A DNA stretch of 60,000 bases from Felis catus. Lineage: Eukaryota. The notes below the pieces were generated by a model. It worked only from the letters and a program-made list of their open reading frames with translations, ran no database searches and had not been told where the DNA came from. Shown one piece after another: positions 39,001 through 51,178 of this stretch. The DNA is taken from contig NC_058383.1 in the NCBI RefSeq assembly GCF_018350175.1, positions 17,858,001 through 17,918,000 of the forward strand, given 5' to 3'. The first letter of the stretch is position 1, and every line of letters begins with the position of its first letter. The position numbers and the translations under genes are program-made.

Positions 39001-40567
39001 CCATGGCCCCCATCTTACCCAGAGCCAAATCCAAAGGCCGTGCCAAAGCCCAAAGCCCATGAGCCCCGCACATCTGGCCCTTCCTTGCCTCTCTGGCATC
39101 ACTTCCTCCTGCTCCCTCCCTCACCCACTTGTCACCAGCCACAATGGCCGCCTTACTGTGCCTCCAACACATGGAGCTTGCTCGTTTTGGGCCCTTTGCC
39201 ACGAGTGTCTTTCTGCCGGAATGCTGTTCCCCCAAGTTATCCTGTGACTCCCTCCCTCAGCACCCCCTAAGCCACCTTCTCACTCTTTATCTCTGTCTCC
39301 TGACCCTCCATTCTGAGTTCTGCCATCACTCTGAGTCTCTTTTTCTGTGCTGTGTCTCTCTTTCTCATTCCTATGGCAAGCGATGACTCATTAGGGCTTC
39401 TCACATTTACCTCAGATACAAAGATGAAACTTCCCGCCATACAGGCTGTTGTTAGGTGGTTAAGAGTGTGAGGGGCTACGGGCATAGGTCTCGTTTCTAG
39501 AGCCTATTGCTGGAAGCCCCAGGGGGCAAACCCGGGAGAGGTTGTGTCTTGCCTGGGTCAGGCTCAGGTTCAGGGACCAGCAATGGGGATGCTGACCTGG
39601 ATGTTGGGGCCAGAGTGGGGGGGCTCAGACCAATGGGGAATGTTTTGGACCTGTGGGGTTTGAATGCAGATTCAAAGCTATAGCAAAGTCAGATTACATC
39701 AGTCCTGTGATGCCCTAAGTCCTGTGTCGTCTTCACCAACACCGTGACGCATCTGTCTGACCTCATTTCTTATGGGTCTTTCCACTCACTACGTACCAGT
39801 CATCGTGGCTGTCTTTTGCTCCTAGAACACCCCAGGTACATTCCTTCCGCAGAGCCTTTGCACTTGGGCCGTTCCCTCCCTGAAACACTCTTTTCCAGAT
39901 ATCTGCACACTATTCTTCTCTTTATTCAGGCTTTTACTTCAAAGTCACCTTTTCAGCGAGGCCTTCCCTGGCGACAGTTACGTAAAACACATATCAGACT
40001 TCCTATCCCCCCTCTCTCTAGACTTCATTCCTCCCTCCTCAACATCTATCCCTAATTAACAAATGATTGATCTTACCTATCGCTATCTCTTCCCATTAGT
40101 ACTTCAGCTCCTCGAGGACAGGGATTTTTGTCTGGCATTCATTGCCATAGCTTTAGTGTCCAGTGCACAAAAGTTTTCGACAAATATTGATGAAGGAACC
40201 CAGCAGGAGTGCTGAGCGCCTCTCACATGCCGGATTATTTCCATCCATTATGTTATTTCTTACTAGAAACACTCGGAATGATCCCTTTTTTGTTTTAAAA
40301 AATTAAAAATATATGCAAATACACAGAGCACACAGCACACTGGTCCATGTGGCCTGGAGGAAGTGACAGGGCGCCGCCTGGAGTTCAGTGTGAGGTGATG
40401 GCCCTCCTTACACGTAGAGCAAATTGTCTAAAATTCACTCGGTGAAGCTATGACTAGTACTTCTCTCTGGGAAGAGGGATTTCAAGTTCTTTTAACTTTC
40501 TTCCTTTTCACTAAGCTGCATTTTGTGATTTTCCACCAGGGACAACAGAATAATTTTGTAATGAGTT

Positions 40568-40719
40568 TACTGGCTCAGTCAGTAGAGCATGCAACTCTTG
40601 ACCTGGGGCTCAACTGGAGCATGCAACTCTTGACCTGGGGCTTGAGCTCAAGCCCCACATTGGGTGTAGAGATTACTTAAAAATAAAATCTTTATTTATT
40701 TTTAATGTTTATTTATTTT

Positions 40720-40751
<32 letters not shown>

Positions 40752-42545
40752 GAGACAGCATGAGCAGGGGCAGAGAGAGACACACACAGAATCTGAAGTA
40801 GGCTTCAGGCTCCAAGCTGTCAGCACAAAGCCTGATGTGGGGCTCGAACTCACGAACCGCGAGTTCATGACCTGAGCCAAGGTCGGATGCTTAACTGACT
40901 GAGCCACCCAGGTGCCCCAAAATAAAATCTTAAAAAAAAAACAACAAACGTATTAAGGGCACCTGGGTGGCTCAGTCGGTTAACCTTCTGACTTTGCTCA
41001 GGTCATGATCTTGCAGTTCGTGAGTTCGAGCCCCGCGTCAGGCTCTGTGCTGACAGCTGGGAGCCTGGAGCCTGCTTCCGATTCTGTGTGCCTTTTTCTC
41101 TCTGCTTCTCCCCTGCTCGTGCTCTGTCTCTCTCAAAAAGAAACCCTAAAAAAACTTTTTTTTAAAGGGTGCTAAACTTACTGAAATAGTCTCAGTATAC
41201 TAGAAATATACGGAGTGTATCTTTACCACAATTAAAAAGAGTTCTTTAAAATGTGCTGAACCTGGGGCCCCTGGTGGCTCTGTCGGTGGAACTGCAACTC
41301 TTCATCTTGGGGTTATGGGTGTGAGCCCCACGTTGGGTGTGGAGATTACTTAAAATCAAATCTTAAAAATTTTTTTTAAATTAAAAAATAAAGTGTCCTA
41401 AACCTTTAAGTGTAGTGTTATAACTCTACATTATCATAATGTGAAAAACTAGGACCAGCTTCAGTGTTTTTGTTGTATGTGAAAAGCAAATGAGGGGGGC
41501 GCCTGGGTGGCACAGTCGGTTAAGCATCCGGCTTCAGCCAGGCCACGATCTCGCGGTCCGTGAGTTCGAGCCCTGCGTCGGGCTCTGGGCTGATGGCTCG
41601 GAGCCTGGAGCCTGTTTCCGGTTCTGTGTCTCCCTCTCTCTCTGCCCCTCCCTCGTTCATGCTCTGTCTCTCTCTGTCCCAAAAATAAATAAACGTTGAA
41701 AAAAAAATTTTTTTTAAATAGAAAAAAGAAAAGAAAAGCAAATGAGGGGCTGGTATTCAGGCCTTCTTCTTCTTCTTCTTCTTCTTCTTCTTCTTCTTTA
41801 TGTTTACTTATTTTTGAGAATGAGAGAGAGAGAGAGGGAGAGAGAGAATGAGCAGGGGAAGGGCAGAGAGAGACACACACACACACAAAGAATCCAAAGC
41901 AGGCTCCAGGCTCTGAGCTGTCAGCACAGAGCCCGATGTGAGGCCTGAAGTCACCAACGGAGAAACCATCATCTGAGCTGAAGTCGGACACTCAACCCAC
42001 TGAGCCACCCAGGTGCCCCCAGCTTTGGTCTTGATCTCAGAGTCATGAGTTCAAACCTCATGGTAGGTTTTGAAGCCTACTTAAAACACAAACATGGGGC
42101 GCCTGGGTGGCTCAGTCAGTTGGGCGGCCAACAACAGCTCAGGTCATGATCTCGAGGTCTGTGACAACAGCTCAGGTCATGATCTCGAGGTCTGTGACAA
42201 CAGCTCAGGTCATGATCTCGAGGTCTGTGACAACAGCTCAGGTCATGATCGCGAGGTCTGTGACAACAGCTCAGGTCATGATCGCGAGGTCTGTGACAAC
42301 AGCTCAGGTCATGATCGCGAGGTCTGTGACAACAGCTCAGGTCATGATCGTGAGGTCTGTGACAACAGCTCAGGTCATGATTTCGCGGTCTGTGAGTTTG
42401 AGCCCCATGTCTGGCTTTGTCCTGACAGCTCAGAGCCTGGAGCCTGCTTCCAATTCTGTGTCTCCCTCTCTCTCTGCCCCTTCCTGCTCTCTCTCTCTCT
42501 CTCAAAAATAAACATTAAAAAGATTAAAAAAACATACAAATAAAC
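40568..42545. mobile_element. Dense nested CAN-SINE cluster (about 8 elements)
   Basis: Multiple heads/tails; e.g. [20 protein letters not shown] at 41481 and 41733. Confidence 0.85.
42131..42394 (+). repeat. Minisatellite, 8 x 33 bp (ACAACAGCTCAGGTCATGATCKCGAGGTCTGTG) inside a CAN-SINE
   Basis: Units start at 42131 and every 33 bp to 42362; no spacers. Confidence 0.95.
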
Positions 42546-44015
42546 AAAAACCACCTCTTCTCCTTTGCCTGCTATTCCAACCCCACCTCCAGGTTTTTAC
42601 TCTTGCAATCTTTGACCCATATGCTTTCACCCAAGTGGTAAATGTGATTCAATGGATCTTTCAGCGAGAAACAAGAAAAAGATAAAAAGGATGCTTTCAA
42701 ACGCTCATGATACAGTCATAAGGATCACCCTTGTGACTCATGTGGATCACCTGCACAAAGGCACATGAACTTGTTCTAAGCCTAGTGGGTTGGTCACTGA
42801 CCAAGGCAAATTCATGACTTTTTTGACTTGAGCGAACATTTTGTCCAAACAGAAGCAACAGGGAACTATAGGGATGAAACCTTCCCTTCAGAGTCCTGCT
42901 TTTTCCAGGGGCATGTTGGGGGTTGTTAGTATTCTCAAGTGGAAGCCCCAGGATGAGGGATAGAACACCAGCCTTCAGGTCAAAACAGACCTAAGTTTGT
43001 ATTCTCCCTAGGTTGATTCCAGCTGGTGACCCTGTGCACCACTCCTGACTTATCGGGGACCTCAGTTTCCTCATCCCTAAAATGGATAATACTGCTGATT
43101 TCCTGGGGCTGCTATGAGGATTAAAAGAGGAGATGGGGGCACCTGGGTGGCTCAGTTGGTTAAGCATCCAACTCTTGTTTTCTGCTCAGGTCATGATCTC
43201 TTGATTCATGAGTTCGAGCCCCAAGTCGGGCTCTGCACTGTCACACTGGCAGCGCAGAGCCTGCTTGGGATTGTCTATCTCCCCCCACCCCTCTGTCCCT
43301 CCCTTGTTCTCTCTATCTCCCTCTCAAAATAAATAAATAAACTTTTTTTTTTAAAAAATAAAAGAGATGAATGAGTACAAGATGCTCAGCACCAGTCATC
43401 ACATGATCCCAGCAAACTGTATTTCATAAGATGATATATTCATTCATCAAATGTCATTGCCACGTAAGGTGCTACGGAAGTCAGGGTGGACGAAACAGGG
43501 CAGCCCCTGACTGTGGAGCTTACAGCCTAGTGGGGCAGATAGTCATGGCATAATCACATGATTATCAAATGAATAAAGAATTACAAATTGTTCTAAATGC
43601 CTAGAGGAAAAAGTCCAAAGAACAACGAGAGCGTATAACCAGGGGCACCTGATCTAGTCACTTTTTAACCCAGATGAGGTGACTACAGATGTACTGGGAT
43701 GTTTTCATTTTTCCCTTAGTGATAGGAAGATCCTTCACATGTACAATGTACTGAATACTTTGCAAAGAAATCTTCATAGTTGAGATTTTCATATGATCCT
43801 TACGCCAGATCCTAAGCAGAGATTATAACCTTCATTTTACAAAAGTGGAAACTAAGGCATAGACAGTTTATATCAGTTCTTCAAGGCTAGACAGCTCATT
43901 AACAAGTCCAAAGGTGAGACAAAATCCAGATGTCTGTTGCTTCCACATCTATTGCTTTTTGACTATTTTGTTTTTCTTTTTGTATTTTTAATTCTGAAAT
44001 ATAGCACGCTTTCTC

Positions 44016-44241
44016 TTTTTTTTTTTTAATTTTTTTTTCAACGTTTATTTATTTTTTGGACAGAGAGAGACAGAGCATGAAGGGGGGAGGGGCAGACAGA
44101 GAGGGAGACACAGAATCGGAAACAGGCTCCAGGCTCTGAGCCATCAGCCCAGAGCCTGACGCGGGGCTCGAACTCACGGACCGCGAGATCGTGACCTGGC
44201 TGAAGTCGGACGCTTAACCGACTGCGCCACCCAGGCGCCCC
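44016..44241 (-). mobile_element. Young feline CAN-SINE
   Basis: Near-consensus, CpGs retained. Confidence 0.9.
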
Positions 44242-45839
44242 TCTCTCTTTTTTTTTAATGTTGAGATATAACTTACAAAGAGTGTGGGAAAATAGATGTG
44301 TGCAGTTTCAAGAACATTATGTAACTATAACCCAGCCCAAGAAACAGAAGGAAACGGAGCCCAGGGGTCCCTTATGCACCCTACCCCAGGAGTAATCCCT
44401 ATGCTAAATTTTGTTAATCATCCACTCTCTTACCTTTTAAAAAAGTGTTTACCATTTTGCATATCTTATCAATATATTATTGCATTGCCTGGTGCTGAAT
44501 TTTATTATATGAATGGCATCTTAGTTTAGGTACACTTCTGCAACTTGCTTTTTACTCCCAACATTTTGTTTTTGAGATTATCCATATTGATGATACCTAT
44601 ACCTATCATTCATTTTCACAGATAAATAATATTCCACGTGTGATTATACCACAATGTGTTTATGCATTCCCTGTTAACAGATGCATGGGTTGTTTCCAGT
44701 TTTTTGTTGAAGAATCTCCCATCCCCAACCACCTCATTCTCTCCCCAGAGGCAATCAATTTACCAGTTTCTGGTGATTATACTCCCAGAAATATGCTATT
44801 GCATATATTTCCCCCTTTTACAACAAATAGTAGTATTGTATAAATACTGCTCTGAAGCTTGCTTGTTTCTCTTAACAAACATCATCCGCAGTATAGCCTG
44901 GTAGTCTTTGGAACAGATTGCTTGGATTCATATCCAGCTCCATTCTAAACTGGCTATGACCTTGAATAGGGCATTTAATCTCTCTGTGCGTTATATTCCT
45001 TTTCTGTAAAATGTGGAAAGAATCGTAACTCAAAGAGTTTTATAAGGACTAAGTTAATATACATAAAGCATTTAGGACTGTGCCTATTAGAACTGTAACC
45101 ATTATCAATAGAATTACATCAATGTTCTCTCGTTCTGTTTTACAGTTGCTTGGATGGATAGTCTATTATATAAACGTACCACAATTTATTTTAATCATAA
45201 TTGATAAACATTTGGGTTGTTTCCAGTATGTTGATATTACAAACAGCACAGAAAACAAAACATCCCTACCATTTCCCACTCACAGCTCACGAGTACATCT
45301 GTAGAATAAAGTCCTAGAATTGGAACTGCTGGGCCAAAGGTATTATATGCATTTATAACCTTAATGGATATTGGCAAATTGTTCTTCAGGGTTACATCAC
45401 AGATTCTCATATATACTAACTTAAAGACATACAGAAACCTGAGGACAAAAGAAGGTAAGCTACTTTGTTGTCCAGATAGATACATCACTGATGCCAGAGA
45501 GGGAAAGTGACTCATACCGGCAGTTAGTGGTGGAAACAGCACCAGAACCCAAGCAGGTGTCTGCCCTTAAAAGCCTTAAAAGATTTTTATTTTATTTTTA
45601 TTGTTTATTTTTTTAATGTAATCTTTACTCCCAATGTGGGGCTTGAACTCATGACGGGGAGAGCAAAAGTCGCATGCTCTTCCGTCTGAGCCCGCCAGGC
45701 GCCCCTGAATCTTACAATTTTTTGGAGCTCATTTTAACATTTCATTATTTTGATGCTACAGTTTGCTTGCTTAATGGTAGTAACTTAATATCTAATTTTT
45801 CATTATTCGTTCCGAATTTTTCCCTGGGCTATTTTCCTA

Positions 45840-46200
45840 ACCTGGATTGGTCACGTGCGCTGTCATGTGACCCTTGGACCTTTCTGACCTGTAATAGATC
45901 TACCAAGTGACCCCCAAATTCCTCATCTCCGAAAATGCAGCACTTGGTCAACCGCCTCTAGGGAGCAAAGTCGCGCCAGCCTCTCCCAAGAGATCGTTTA
46001 AATTACAACTAGCGGAGCGAACCAAATAGCAAACGGGTAACCTAGTCCGCACCAGTTGCGCAAACTGCTGGTTGATTTGTAATTCATCTCTTAGATGAAA
46101 GGAAGCCCGCCCTCGGTTGCGAAATCGTCATTGGATGGCACGGCTGTCAACCACCAGGGCTATAAGTACGGGAGGCCGGCGGCTCCTCCCCCAGGAAGGC
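45840..46200 (+). promoter_or_regulatory. SEPHS2: SEPHS2 promoter / start of CpG island
   Basis: TATAAGTA 46161-46168, ATTGG (CCAAT) 46130 and 45846, GC box 46106, E-box CACGTG 45852, C/EBP palindrome TTGCGCAA 46056-46063. Confidence 0.65.
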
Positions 46201-46348
46201 CAGGAGCGCGCGGTGTGGCGTGAGTCGGGCTGCGCGAGTCGTGCGGAGGAGACTCTCTGCGGTAATATCTGTTAATCCATATTAACTGGAGTAGAAAATA
46301 AAAGCGAGCGCTCCTCTCCTCTTTTCCCCTCCCTGCCGGGCAGGCGCG

Positions 46349-47707
46349 ATGGCGGAAGCGGCGGCGACGGGCGCCGGCGGAGAGGTGGCGGTGGCGGTGG
46401 CGGTGGCGGCGGCGGAAGGCTCGGGCTCCGCCGGCTTGTCTCTGGGCCGCGGCTTCTCGAGCTACCGGCCCTTCGAGCCCCAGGCGCTGGGCCTCAGCCC
46501 GAGCTGGCGGCTGACGGGCTTCTCCGGCATGAAGGGCTGAGGCTGCAAAGTCCCCCAGGAGACGCTGCTCAAACTCCTGGCGGGACTGACGCGGCCAGAC
46601 GTTCGGCCCCCGTCGGGTCTGGGCCTGGTCGGAAGCCATGAAGAGGCGGCCCAGGAAGGCGGCCTCCCGGCCGGGGCGGAACCCAACCCAACCTTTCCAG
46701 CCCTGGGCATTGGGATGGACTCCTGCGTCATACCCCTGAGGCACGGGGGCCTGTCACTGGTGCAGACCACGGACTTCTTTTACCCCCTAGTGGAAGATCC
46801 CTACATGATGGGGCGCATAGCGTGTGCCAACGTGCTGAGTGACCTCTACGCCATGGGTATTACTGAATGTGACAACATGTTGATGTTACTCAGCGTCAGC
46901 CAGAGTATGACTGAGGAGGAACGAGAAAAGATAACACCGCTCATGATCAAAGGCTTTCGCGACGCTGCTGAGGAAGGAGGGACTGCAGTGACTGGTGGAC
47001 AGACAGTAGTAAACCCTTGGATTATCGTCGGAGGGGTTGCCACTGTGGTATGTCAGCCAAATGAATTCATCATGCCGGACAGTGCAGTTGTTGGGGATGT
47101 GCTCGTGTTAACCAAACCCTTAGGAACCCAAGTTGCTGTCAATGCCCACCAATGGCTGGATAATCCTGAAAGATGGAATAAAATAAATATGGTGGTCTCC
47201 AGAGAAGAGGTAGAGCTAGCTTATCAGGAAGCCATGTTCAATATGGCTACCCTAAACAGAACTGCTGCTGGACTAATGCACACGTTTAATGCACACGCAG
47301 CCACAGATATCACAGGCTTTGGCATTCTAGGACACTCTCAGAACCTTGCAAAACAACAAAGAAATGAGGTGTCATTTGTCATTCATAATCTGCCAATCAT
47401 TGCCAAGATGGCTGCCATCAGCAAGGCCAGTGGGCGCTTTGGGCTCCTTCAAGGAACCTCAGCAGAAACTTCTGGGGGATTACTGATTTGTCTGCCGAGA
47501 GAACAGGCAGCTCGCTTTTGTTCTGAAATCAAATCTTCCAAGTATGGAGAGGGTCACCAAGCATGGATCGTCGGTATTGTGGAAAAGGGAAACCGGACAG
47601 CTCGGATCATTGACAAGCCTCGAGTTATTGAGGTCCTACCTCGCGGGGCCACTGCTACTGCTCTTGTTCCTGACAATTCCAATGCTGCCTCTGAACCTAG
47701 CTCCTGA
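46349..47707 (+). CDS. SEPHS2: Selenophosphate synthetase 2 (selenide, water dikinase 2), 452 aa, Sec at codon 64
   Basis: Two ORFs in the same frame joined across TGA 46538-46540 in the motif GMKG-U-GCKVPQ; single coding exon; SECIS in 3'UTR. Confidence 0.97.
46549..46587 (+). promoter_or_regulatory. SEPHS2: Selenocysteine redefinition element (SRE)-like hairpin just 3' of the Sec codon
   Basis: AGTCCCCCAGGAG pairs with CTCCTGGCGGGACT (one bulge), starting 8 nt after the UGA. Confidence 0.7.
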
Positions 47708-48277
47708 GACGGAATAGCAGAAGTTGTGTGGACCTTAGAGTCTTTGTACACAATCATGGACGATTCTCAAAACTTTATTTTAAGAAGAAATTTCCAAAGA
47801 AGGCTGCCTGCATAGTTGTTCCGGCTGCCCTTTCTCGGTGATTTGAATCGGCTCATCACAAGCTGCACATTCCAAGGCCAGAAGTAACATTTTGGACTTC
47901 AAGGTGGGGTTTGTTCATCTCTTACATGGAAGAGAAGCAGAAAAACCTCTGTTACTTCTTTCCAAGAACAAGATGAGGCTCTTCTGGTTTGAGGGATTTT
48001 TCTTAGCATTGGGTTGATTCATGTCTGCACAGGGGGTGAGGTTATTGAAATTACATACATACCAAAAAAGGTAAATTGCAAAATGATTTAGATCAGAAGC
48101 AAATAAGTTTGGACCAATACTGTTGATAGAACTAAATTGTTAAGAGAGATCTTACATTGCAATGTCAAATTCTTTATTAGATTTGTTTTCAGAAACACTG
48201 GCTCTTTCCTGCTCTGGGCAAGAATTGAGCAGCTTGTCCAATGACTGGGAAAGGAGGACCTGCGACCATCTGATTTG

Positions 48278-48347
48278 GTCTCTGTTAATGACGTCTCTCC
48301 CTCTAAACCCCTTTAAGGACTGGGGGAGGCAGAGCAAGCCCCAGAGC
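48278..48347 (+). promoter_or_regulatory. SEPHS2: SECIS element of SEPHS2
   Basis: ATGA (48288) - helix GTCTCTCCC/GGGGGAGGC - AAA (48305) - GA (48332); lower stem CTCTG/CAGAG. Confidence 0.9.
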
Positions 48348-48408
48348 CCAAGCCTTGATGGTCATTGAGATGTTAAATCTTGCACTGAAAATTTCTGGTG
48401 ATTTAATC

Positions 48409-48414
48409 AATAAA
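48409..48414 (+). terminator. SEPHS2: SEPHS2 polyadenylation signal
   Basis: AATAAA downstream of the SECIS, further AATAAA at 48429-48438. Confidence 0.75.
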
Positions 48415-50947
48415 GTAATTTCTAGTGAAATAAATAAAAGGGACTTTGTTGAAAAATTCTTCTGACTACTATTTGGATTCTTGGGAGTTCTGAATCTTTT
48501 ACAGTCTTATAAAATGAGCCAATTGATACATTTAGAATCTGGCAAGTTGAGAGTGAAAATGTTTTCCCTGATCCTGGACCAGAGCATTTAACACCTAGAT
48601 TTAGTTTTGCACCCTCCCCCTCAGTTGATAGCAAAGGACTCAAAAGGCAGAAAGCCCAAGGACTAGAGGGTGGGAAAGGAAATCACAAAAGAAAGGTATC
48701 AACAATTCTTTAAACATTGGAAGTAGGCGGGAGAAGGGTAACAACTGACTTAGCAGGATAGGGGAAGCCAAAGTAAATGCTTTCAGAGTTGGGGAATACA
48801 AATAGGAAGCAAGGAGCTAGGCTCTGAGGGTACTAAGGGGTTAAGGGGAGGGATAAAGACAGCTACTTTTTGAAAGTTTATATACAGCATAATTACAATG
48901 AGATCTTTGAAGTTCTCAAACCTTTCCCCCATGTCACATAGCCAGATGACTGCCTCTCACCTCTGTAGGTAAAGGGAGGTTTACTTTCTGAGGAATGAGT
49001 TTTAAAAATACTACATAGTCAGAGACACCGCAGTAGAGAACAGAGGCCTTACCAAAAACAAGAATAAAGACAAAAATGAGACTGTCCCAGCCCCCTCCCC
49101 TAGCTACTAAAAACACCGTCCAGGAAGCTTATACCACTTTTTGCTCCTCTGGAGAAAAAGAATGTGCCCAGAAAAAAACCCTGTAAGTATTTAGGGAGCC
49201 CCTGGTGAAAATCCCTGTATCAGGAAGACTCTCATATGGAAAGTTTCACCCAAGCACGTTCTTTTCGATGCCTCATTCTTAAATATAAGCAGTTAAGGAT
49301 CACCAGACACTTGAGGCAAGCCTCTAACGTGAAAGAAGTCAAAGCAAAAAGAAAAAAAATAAAGAGACAATACAGGGAGCAGAAGAAAAAAAAAAAAAGG
49401 TAAAAATATAAAGTGTCCATAAAAAGATATGAGAACAAAGCACTTAGAATAAAATATTACTAAAATTAAAAAAATCAGTAGAAGACTCTTGATAAAGTTG
49501 GGGAAGTTTAGTGGCTCAGTCGGTTGAGCATCTGACTTCGGCTCAGGTCATGATCTCGCCATTCATGGGTTCGAGCCCTGCATCTGGCTCTGTGTTGACA
49601 GCTTAGAGCCTCAAGCCTGCTTTGGATTCTGTGTCTCCCTCTCTCTGCCACTCCCTCGCTCGCATTCTGTCTCTCTCAAAATAAACATTAAAAAACAATA
49701 TTAACTTAAAATTGAGTAAGTTTATCAGAAAGTAGAATAACAACAAAAAGATGTACAATAGAAGAAAAAAATGTGATGGAGATTAGAGGTAAGTCAGGAG
49801 GTTCAACATCTAGAAGGAATTCCAAAAAGAGGTAATAAAGCCAATGGAAGAAAAAATTATATAAAATACAAAAAAGTTTTCTAAAATTTAAAAGGTTGTA
49901 AATATCACACATCTTTTGACTTTCCAGCATAGTGAGTGAAAAATGACGTACACTATTGTATTAAACTTTAAAATGCCAGTGGTAAAGAGAACTGTTTTAT
50001 ATATATTAATTCATTTGAACTGCGAACAATCCCATTTTGCAAACAAGGAAGCTGAGGTGCAGAGACATTAAGAAATTTGTCCAAGGTTGCACAAGCCATC
50101 TGCTAGGCAGTGTGACTCCAGAGCCCATTCTTCTGGGGAGGGGAAGAACACATAGAAAGGTCTGGGGATGGGTGTCTGGGTGGCTCAGTCAGTTGAGCGT
50201 CTGACTCTTGATTTTGACTCAGGTCATGATCTCACGGTTCATGGGTTTGAGCCCCACATCAGACTGGCAGTGTGGAGCGTGCTTGGGATTCTCTCTCCCT
50301 CTCCCCTGCTTGCTCACACTCTTTCTCTCTCAAAAATGAATAAATACAACTTAAAAAAAAAGTTCTGGGGATAAGAATGGTATCAGACTTCTCAACAGGG
50401 AATTGGAAGCTAAAAGACAATGAAGTAATGGCTTCAAAATTCTGAGGGTAAATGATTTTCACTGTATAATTCTATACCTAGCCACATTTTTCAAACCAGT
50501 AGAATAAAGATATTTTTAGACATGCAAGGTGTCAAAGTGGTTTCATCCCAGGGACTCTCTCAAGAAACCACTGAAAGATGTGCTCCAGGAAAACATGGGG
50601 GCAAACCAGGAAAGAGAAAAACCCAAGCCAGCACAGAGAAGGTGAAGGGAGGTCTCAAGGTAATGGCTCTACAGCAGGCCTAGAGACCCAACCAGTCTGG
50701 AACAGACACAGCACACGGGAACAGGAGCCTGAAGGCTCCCAGAAAAAGGAACATGGACCTGATAAGAGTATTGATACATTTAGTTTTGTGGAAAATTGGA
50801 AGGCTAATGGAAGATGTAAAATGGATCAATGCTAATTATGTAGAAAATTAGCAAATGAAAATAAAAGAAGGAGGCAGTTATCAACGCCAATGAAAAATGG
50901 AACTTTGTGTGATAAATGAAATGTCATCGTATTTAGTATGAAGGAAG

Positions 50948-51178
50948 TCTACCTTCACTTCACTACCTTGATAAGAGCACTGGGTGGGGGGGTGCTGGTG
51001 AATTTCAGCCTTCACCTTCCTGGGTGATCTCAGATAAGTCTCTGGGCCTCAGTCTCTTCACCTGTAAAATAGGCATAGCCATATCCACCTACAGCGAGGA
51101 AGTCATGGAGGGGATCCCATAAGACGTGCTCCTATGCATTAGTATTTATTAGATTACTTAAGTACCAGGCCCTGGAAA
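50948..51178 (+). repeat. Direct repeat copy 1 (contains MIR-like core)
   Basis: 50991-51133 identical to 52317-52459. Confidence 0.9.

Noticed and set aside
42131..42394. CRISPR-like array or repeat protein (ORFs 42094, 42107, 42116)
   Set aside because: Head-to-tail repeats without unique spacers, SINE-derived, eukaryotic; ORFs are open only because 33 is a multiple of 3
46538..46540. Premature stop making SEPHS2 a pseudogene
   Set aside because: It is the conserved Sec codon; SECIS is present and the frame is intact
46160..46770. Antisense ORFs of 194 and 102 aa over the SEPHS2 5' end
   Set aside because: Expected shadow ORFs of GC-rich coding sequence; no recognisable protein
48236..48279. 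Second SECIS-like ATGA...TGAT motif just upstream of the SECIS
   Set aside because: Upper helix only about 4 bp, far shorter than required
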